From Planctomycetota bacterium (GTDB lineage: Bacteria; Planctomycetota; GCA-002687715; CAIWVZ01): a stretch of DNA of 64,000 nucleotides. The notes beneath the pieces were generated by a model, which worked only from the letters and a program-made list of their open reading frames with translations, did no database searches and was not told the DNA's origin. How positions within the stretch are numbered: the stretch's first letter is position 1; each line of letters starts with the position of its first letter. Both the position numbers and the translations under genes were made by a program. Shown here piece after piece: positions 58,579 through 64,000 of this stretch. The stretch spans positions 64,001 through 128,000 of the forward strand of contig JBGANV010000008.1 in assembly GCA_044222185.1 (NCBI GenBank), in the 5' to 3' direction.

Positions 58579-61233
58579 ATGAATCGCACGCCCACGAGCT
58601 CGCAGAAACTCCTCCGCCCGCTGATCGCCGCATCGGCGCTGCTCCTGTGCGCCTGCACGACGTCCGCGCCCGTGGAGGTCGACTCGCGCCCCGTGGGCGC
58701 CGTGGACGCGGACATGGGTGCACGGCGCATCACGACCGCTCAGTGGGTCAGACCTGCAGGTCCCACCTCCGTGTTCCGAGGACGCCCCCTCGACATGGTG
58801 ATGGCACCGGACCGCAGCGCGCTGTTCGTGAAGAGTTCCCGCGATCTCATCGTCCTCGATCCGGTGACGCTCGACGTCCGGCAGAAACTGCCCATCGAGA
58901 ACGACGGCGGGTCCATGCACGGCATCGCCGTCTCGCCCGACGGGCGTCAGGTGATCCTCACGACGTCCAAGTCGTCGCTCCTGTTCGCCACGGCCGAGGG
59001 CGGGGGGCCGCTGAAGTGGACCCGTCGCATCGACGTCCCGACGCCGAAGAAGACCGGCTCGAATCCCACGGGGCTCGCGTTGTCGCGCGACGGTTCCCGA
59101 ATGTGGGTCTGCCGCACGGTGTTGAACGAGCTGACGGAAATCGACCTGGGCACGGGCCGGGTGACGCATTCGATCCCCGTGGGAATCTGCCCGTTCGACG
59201 TCGTGGTCTCACCCGACGAGACGACGGCCTGGGTCTCCAACTTCGGCGGCCGGCGCGCAGCCGAGGGGGACGCGACGGCCAACACCGCCGGGTCCAAGCT
59301 CGTCGTGGACGAGCGCGGCATCGGAATGACGGGAACGGTTTCGCGGATCGATCTCGCGAAGCGCGCGGTCGTGGCGACGGTGGCGGTGGGGCTGCATCCA
59401 TCGGACCTCCTCCTCGACGCGCCGAGGTCACGCCTGTTCGTTGCCAACGCCAACTCCGATTCGATCTCGATCGTCGACACGGCACGCGACGTCACCACCG
59501 CGACGATCGCCGTCACGCCCGATCCGGCGCTTCCGTTCGGAAGTCTCGTGAACGCCCTGGCTCAGTCGCCCGACGGCGGCACGCTCTACGCCGCCTGCGG
59601 CGGCAACAATGCGGTGGCAGTACTGGACGTGCGAAACGGGGAATCGGCCCAGGTGCGCGGGTTCATCCCCGCAGGGTGGTTTCCCGGCTCACTCGTCGTC
59701 GACGGCGAGGCGCTGCTCATCGGCAACGTCCGCGGCGATGGATCCCAGGATCCGCGGCCCGAGGACGACGCGCGGACCTCGACGCGATACCGCGGCAGCG
59801 TGACGCGCGCGACGGTGGGCGACGAGGCGGCGCTCGCGGCGTGGACGGCGCAGGTCCACCGCGATGCGCGCATCCCGCAGGCGCTCGCGGCGATGGCTCG
59901 CGGCGACGAATCCGCGCGTCCAACACCCGTGCCCGCGCGCCACGGCGAGCCGTCCGTGTTCGAGCACGTCGTGTACGTCATCAAGGAGAACCGCACGTAT
60001 GACCAGGTCTTCGGCGACCTGCCGCAAGGCAACGCGGCGCCCGCGCTTTGCACCTACGGGCGGGAGGTGACTCCGAACCAGCACGCGCTCGCGGAGGAGT
60101 TCGCCCTCCTCGACAACTACTACTGCAACGGCGTGGTCTCCGCCGACGGTCACCAATGGGCGACGCAGGGCATCGTCACGGACTACAACGAGAAGAACTA
60201 CGGAGGATGGACGCGGGGCTACGACCTCGGCACGGACGCACTCACCTACGCCGGATGCGACTTCATCTGGGACAACGCACTGCTTCACGGCCGGACGTTT
60301 CGGAACTTCGGCGAGTTCGACTTCCCGGCGACGGAGCCCGCCAACGCGTCGTGGTTCGACATCTGGCGCGACCGTGAATCCGCCGCGGGAAGGATCGGCT
60401 TCAAACACTCGATCCAACTCGCCCCGCTCGCGCGATACTCGTCGCCGGACTATCCGGGGTGGAATCTGAGAATCCCCGATCAACTGAGGATCGACCGCTG
60501 GCTCGCCGAGTTCCGCGAAGCCGAGCGCACCGGTGAGTGGCACGACCTGTCGATCGTGTACCTGCCCCAGGATCACACCTCGGGCGTGAAGAAGACCGTC
60601 CCCTCACCCCGCGCCTACGTCGCCGACAACGACCTCGCCGTGGGGCGCCTCGTCGAGGCCATCTCGCACAGTCGGTTCTGGGAGAAGACGTGCATCTTCA
60701 TCATCGAGGACGATCCGCAGGACGGTTGGGATCACGTCGATGGGCACCGGTCCACGTGCCTCGTCATCAGTCCGTACACCCGCCGGCGCGCAGTCATCCA
60801 CGACTTCTACAACCAGACGGCCGTGCTCCACACGATCGAGCGGATTCTGGGGCTGCCGCCCATGAACCAACTGAACGCGGCGGCCCCCGTCATGGCGTCG
60901 TGCTTCACCGAGACGCCGGACCTGACGGCGTTCGACCTGCGGCAGAACCTGATTCCCCTCAACGAGACGAACGCGACCGCATCCGCGGCCAATCCGAACG
61001 CAGCGCGTCTCGAAGAGATCACGTCGGCCATGGACCTCTCGGTCCCGGACCGCATCGACGACGATGATCTGAACCGCATCCTGTGGGAGATGGCGAAGGG
61101 ACCGGCCATCCCCTACCCGCGAGACCTCGCCGGCGCTCATGGCCGCGGGCTCGGCACGCTCCGGCTCACGCTCGACCGGAACGCCGTCCGCGACGATGAC
61201 GACGACGATGATGACGACGGGCCGAAGAAGTGA
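58579..61233 (+). CDS. YncE-like beta-propeller plus phosphoesterase (alkaline-phosphatase-superfamily) lipoprotein
   Basis: LCAC lipobox; YVTN-like repeats; HVVYVIKENRTYDQVFGD, SADGHQW, DHTSG and EDDPQDGWDHVDGHRS motifs. Confidence 0.88.
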   Translation: MNRTPTSSQKLLRPLIAASALLLCACTTSAPVEVDSRPVGAVDADMGARRITTAQWVRPAGPTSVFRGRPLDMVMAPDRSALFVKSSRDLIVLDPVTLDVRQKLPIENDGGSMHGIAVSPDGRQVILTTSKSSLLFATAEGGGPLKWTRRIDVPTPKKTGSNPTGLALSRDGSRMWVCRTVLNELTEIDLGTGRVTHSIPVGICPFDVVVSPDETTAWVSNFGGRRAAEGDATANTAGSKLVVDERGIGMTGTVSRIDLAKRAVVATVAVGLHPSDLLLDAPRSRLFVANANSDSISIVDTARDVTTATIAVTPDPALPFGSLVNALAQSPDGGTLYAACGGNNAVAVLDVRNGESAQVRGFIPAGWFPGSLVVDGEALLIGNVRGDGSQDPRPEDDARTSTRYRGSVTRATVGDEAALAAWTAQVHRDARIPQALAAMARGDESARPTPVPARHGEPSVFEHVVYVIKENRTYDQVFGDLPQGNAAPALCTYGREVTPNQHALAEEFALLDNYYCNGVVSADGHQWATQGIVTDYNEKNYGGWTRGYDLGTDALTYAGCDFIWDNALLHGRTFRNFGEFDFPATEPANASWFDIWRDRESAAGRIGFKHSIQLAPLARYSSPDYPGWNLRIPDQLRIDRWLAEFREAERTGEWHDLSIVYLPQDHTSGVKKTVPSPRAYVADNDLAVGRLVEAISHSRFWEKTCIFIIEDDPQDGWDHVDGHRSTCLVISPYTRRRAVIHDFYNQTAVLHTIERILGLPPMNQLNAAAPVMASCFTETPDLTAFDLRQNLIPLNETNATASAANPNAARLEEITSAMDLSVPDRIDDDDLNRILWEMAKGPAIPYPRDLAGAHGRGLGTLRLTLDRNAVRDDDDDDDDDGPKK

Positions 61234-61248
61234 CCGGCGTTCCAGAGG

Positions 61249-61461
61249 TCACTTGCCGGCGCCCTTCAAGTAGTTGGTCGTGAGCGTCCTGGCCCAGTAG
61301 CGCGGGACGTCGTGCTCCTTCTGGAGGAAGGCGACGACGTCGTTCGACTTCTTCGAGGCCGCGCCGAAGGCGTCCAGGATCTTCTTCCACACGACGAGCG
61401 ACTTGCCCGTCTTCTCGATCACCTGCTCGTCGTCCACGTCCCAATAGTCGGCTCGCACCAT
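61249..61461 (-). CDS. DUF4287-like small protein
   Basis: EKTGKS...W and FLQKEHDVP.YWA motifs; GGAG RBS. Confidence 0.65.
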   Translation of the reverse strand: MVRADYWDVDDEQVIEKTGKSLVVWKKILDAFGAASKKSNDVVAFLQKEHDVPRYWARTLTTNYLKGAGK

Positions 61462-61497
61462 CTGATTCTCTCCGTGAGTTGAACCGGCTGACGCGCG

Positions 61498-61950
61498 TCA
61501 GGGTTTGCGATCCACGAGCCCCGTTGGCCCTCTCGTCGCGAGCACTTCGAGGGCTGCGGGCAGCTCGACCTTGAACTTCTTCTTCCAACCGCTGGCCATC
61601 ATGATCCTCCCGAAGAAGTCGCCAAATCCCTGGAAGCCGTCGTGTTCGAGGAGCAACCGCGTTCCGTCGCCCTTCGCTTCCAGCGTCCAGCGCACGGTCT
61701 GGGGCGACTTCTTCTCGTCGCCCTTCCACGAATACACGAGGCGATGCGGCGGAGCGATCTCCAGGACCTCGCACTCGACGTACCCGCGCCAGCCCGGGAC
61801 CTTCTTCCAGCGCAACTGAAAGCGGTGGCCCAGACGCGGCTCGAAGTCGTTGGGCATGAGCCACGCGCCGATGCCCTTGGACGTAGCGATCGCGGTCCAG
61901 ACGCGTTCGATCGGATGTGGATAGAAGCGTTCCAGGCGAATGTCCTTCAT
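61498..61950 (-). CDS. SRPBCC/AHSA1 domain protein
   Basis: HPIERVWTA, WLMPNDFEPR.G, PPHRLVYSW and GTRLLLEHDGF motifs. Confidence 0.9.
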   Translation of the reverse strand: MKDIRLERFYPHPIERVWTAIATSKGIGAWLMPNDFEPRLGHRFQLRWKKVPGWRGYVECEVLEIAPPHRLVYSWKGDEKKSPQTVRWTLEAKGDGTRLLLEHDGFQGFGDFFGRIMMASGWKKKFKVELPAALEVLATRGPTGLVDRKP

Positions 61951-62276
61951 CGTGAGTTCTCCAGGTGCCGACCCAGGGCATCGAGACGCTCCTCCCAGAA
62001 ACGACGGAAGGGAGAGATCCACGTGTCGATCATCTGAAGCGGCGACGGGTCGAGGGAGTAGAGCTGTTGGCGGCCCGCGCGCTCGACGCGCACGAGGCCC
62101 GCGTCACGGAGCACGCGCAGGTGCTTGGAGAATGCCGGCTGGCTTGCGGGAAAACCCCGCCCCAGATCCAACGCCGGAGTCGCGCCCTGGCTCGCCAGGC
62201 GATTCAGGATCGTGCGGCGTGCCGGGTCCGAGATCGCTCGAAACACCAGCTTCTCTCTGACGGCTCGTGCAACCAT
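61947..62276 (-). CDS. ArsR/SmtB-family transcriptional regulator
   Basis: FRAISDPARRTIL, SQPAFSKHLRVL..AGLV and FW..RLDAL motifs. Confidence 0.9.
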   Translation of the reverse strand: MVARAVREKLVFRAISDPARRTILNRLASQGATPALDLGRGFPASQPAFSKHLRVLRDAGLVRVERAGRQQLYSLDPSPLQMIDTWISPFRRFWEERLDALGRHLENSR

Positions 62277-62283
62277 GGCGCCG

Positions 62284-62312
62284 ATCATATAACCGTAAGG
62301 TTATACAATCAA
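62284..62312 (-). promoter_or_regulatory. ArsR promoter with palindromic operator
   Basis: TTGATT-17-TATGAT on the minus strand; perfect inverted repeat TATAACC-N4-GGTTATA at 62288-62305. Confidence 0.75.
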
Positions 62313-62431
62313 GAGACGCGCGCACGATCCCTGAACCGGTCGAACCCAGGCACGAGGCGCTCGACGGAACTCCCGCGCTTGCGCGGTCACGACCCCCCTG
62401 CCAGTGTGGCCGCGCCAGAACGACGATCGTC

Positions 62432-63484
62432 ATGAACCAACGAATCCCCGTCGCGATCCTCGGCGCCACCGGAATGGTCGGACAGCGCTTCGTCCGCCGC
62501 CTCGCGCGCCATCCTCGGTTCGAGATCCGCTGGCTGGCGGCATCCGAGCGAAACGCGGGACGGACGTACCGCGAGGCGTGTGTCTGGCGGCTCGGCGGCG
62601 ACCCGTACGAAGGACTGGGCGATCTCGTCCTGGTCGACGCAACGCCCACGGCGGCTGCCGCCCGCTGCGTCTTCAGCGCCCTCGACAGCATCCCAGCCCA
62701 GGAGATCGAGCCCGCATTCGCACGGGCCGGCGCGTTCGTCTTCTCGAACGCCTCGGCATTCCGCATGGCGCCGGACGTGCCGCTCCTCGTGCCGGAGGTG
62801 AACGCGGACCATCTCGGTCTCGTCGCGAGGCAACGCCGCGTGCGAGGGTGGAGCGGCGCCATCGTCACGAACCCCAACTGCACCGCCACGGTCCTCGTCA
62901 TGGCGCTCGCCCCGCTCCACCGCGCGTTCGGCGTCGACACCGTGATGATGACATCCATGCAAGCCGTGAGCGGCGCCGGCTATCCGGGCGTCCCCAGCTT
63001 CGACATCCTCGGGAACGTGATCCCCCACATCCGCGGCGAGGAAGCAAAGGTCGAAGAGGAAACTCCCAAACTGCTCGGTCGGTTCGCGGACGGCGAAGTC
63101 ACACCGGCGCCCATGGCGATCTCCGCCCTGTGCCACCGCGTTCCCGTGCTCGAAGGGCATTCCGAAGCCGTCTCGGTCCGGTTGCGCGGCGATCCCGGCG
63201 AGGCGGAGGTCTGCGACGTGCTTCGCTCGTTCCGCGGTCCGCCCCAGGAACTGGGCCTGCACTCGGCCCCGCCGGTCCCGATCCGCCTGCACCTGGCGGA
63301 GGACCGCCCGCAGGTCCGACTGGACGTGGAAGCGGACGCGGGCATGTCGGTGCACGTCGGGCGAGTCCGCTCCTGTCCCGTCCTCGGGATCAAGTTCGCG
63401 CTGCTCGGGCACAACACGGAGCGCGGCGCCGCGGGCGCCAGCGTTCTCAATGCCGAGCTGGCGCTGGCGCGCGGGATGTTGTGA
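62432..63484 (+). CDS. asd: Aspartate-semialdehyde dehydrogenase (archaeal/eukaryal-type clade)
   Basis: ILGATGMVGQRF, SNASAFRM, TNPNC, QAVSGAGYPG and HNTERGAAG motifs. Confidence 0.93.
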   Translation: MNQRIPVAILGATGMVGQRFVRRLARHPRFEIRWLAASERNAGRTYREACVWRLGGDPYEGLGDLVLVDATPTAAAARCVFSALDSIPAQEIEPAFARAGAFVFSNASAFRMAPDVPLLVPEVNADHLGLVARQRRVRGWSGAIVTNPNCTATVLVMALAPLHRAFGVDTVMMTSMQAVSGAGYPGVPSFDILGNVIPHIRGEEAKVEEETPKLLGRFADGEVTPAPMAISALCHRVPVLEGHSEAVSVRLRGDPGEAEVCDVLRSFRGPPQELGLHSAPPVPIRLHLAEDRPQVRLDVEADAGMSVHVGRVRSCPVLGIKFALLGHNTERGAAGASVLNAELALARGML

Positions 63485-63508
63485 CGCCGCGGCCTCGCGG
63501 CAGGCGCG

Positions 63509-64000
63509 TCACTTCTTCGGAGCAGCCGCGAGTCGGTAGGTCTCGGGCGTGGCGATCACGTCTCCCGTGAGCGACTTGAGCGTCAGCAGCGCCTCGCCGG
63601 CGCCGCCCGACTTGAGTCGGATCCTGCCGGGGAATTTCACGCCGAGCGCGTCCTGGTACCGATCGAACCGCGCGTCCAGCTCTTCGTTCGTGCCGGAAGC
63701 GTCCTTCACGTTCGCGATCAGGCGAAGCGTGAGTCCCGTCGCGACGTCGAGCCAAAGCGTCACCGGCTCGTCATCCTTGACGTATCCCGTCACGACGACC
63801 GCAGGGCTCCCGTCGATCACGTCCTCCTTCGTGACCTCGAGCCGGTCGAACAGGGCGCGCAGGTCACCGAAGAACGGGGCGCATCCGCTCATGCGCTTCG
63901 AGCGCGCCGCGACCCCCGTCGTCTCCGTGACGTCGTCGGTGAGCGCGCGCTCGAAGGCCGACGTGCCATCGAAGGCGCTTTCGATCCGCCCGTACACCCC
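63509..64000 (-). CDS. Partial protein with LolA-like/lipoprotein-sorting-type C-terminus (start beyond the window)
   Basis: Frame open to the window edge; TLWLDVATGL..R and FDRYQDALGVKFP motifs. Confidence 0.55.
   Translation of the reverse strand, partial: GVYGRIESAFDGTSAFERALTDDVTETTGVAARSKRMSGCAPFFGDLRALFDRLEVTKEDVIDGSPAVVVTGYVKDDEPVTLWLDVATGLTLRLIANVKDASGTNEELDARFDRYQDALGVKFPGRIRLKSGGAGEALLTLKSLTGDVIATPETYRLAAAPKK

Noticed and set aside
61192-61218. Poly-Asp GAC/GAT run as a contingency repeat
   Set aside because: Mixed codons in frame at the C-terminus; a simple acidic tail.

Overview
GC-rich bacterial chromosomal window, probably from a Planctomycetota-like lineage (inferred from an ECF sigma factor fused to carboxypeptidase-regulatory-like domains, secreted HEAT-repeat proteins and a multiheme cytochrome). 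The core content is a complete NADH:quinone oxidoreductase operon (nuoA-B-CD-E-F-G-H-I-J-K-L-M-N, minus strand, 41.3-55.0 kb), asd, an OmpR-type two-component pair and an ArsR/SRPBCC unit. Accessory content includes a porin next to an 8-heme cytochrome, a DUF4185 hydrolase, three GT-C-like membrane proteins, a two-ATP-grasp plus methyltransferase unit, a Gly-rich surface protein, and PhoX-like and YncE/phosphoesterase enzymes. The most striking non-coding signal is a family of intergenic two-hairpin elements with a shared scaffold, GGA(G/A)C-[GCC..GGC hairpin]-YGGAT(C/G)G-like linker-[CCG..CGG hairpin]. About 12 copies occur in at least five variants whose stem interiors differ while pairing is kept. 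They form inverted doublets, a 147-bp tandem array, and 120-bp direct repeats bracketing a three-gene cassette. No rRNA, tRNA, CRISPR array, transposase or integrase was recognised. All calls come from reading the sequence and ORF translations by eye; no searches or folding programs were run.
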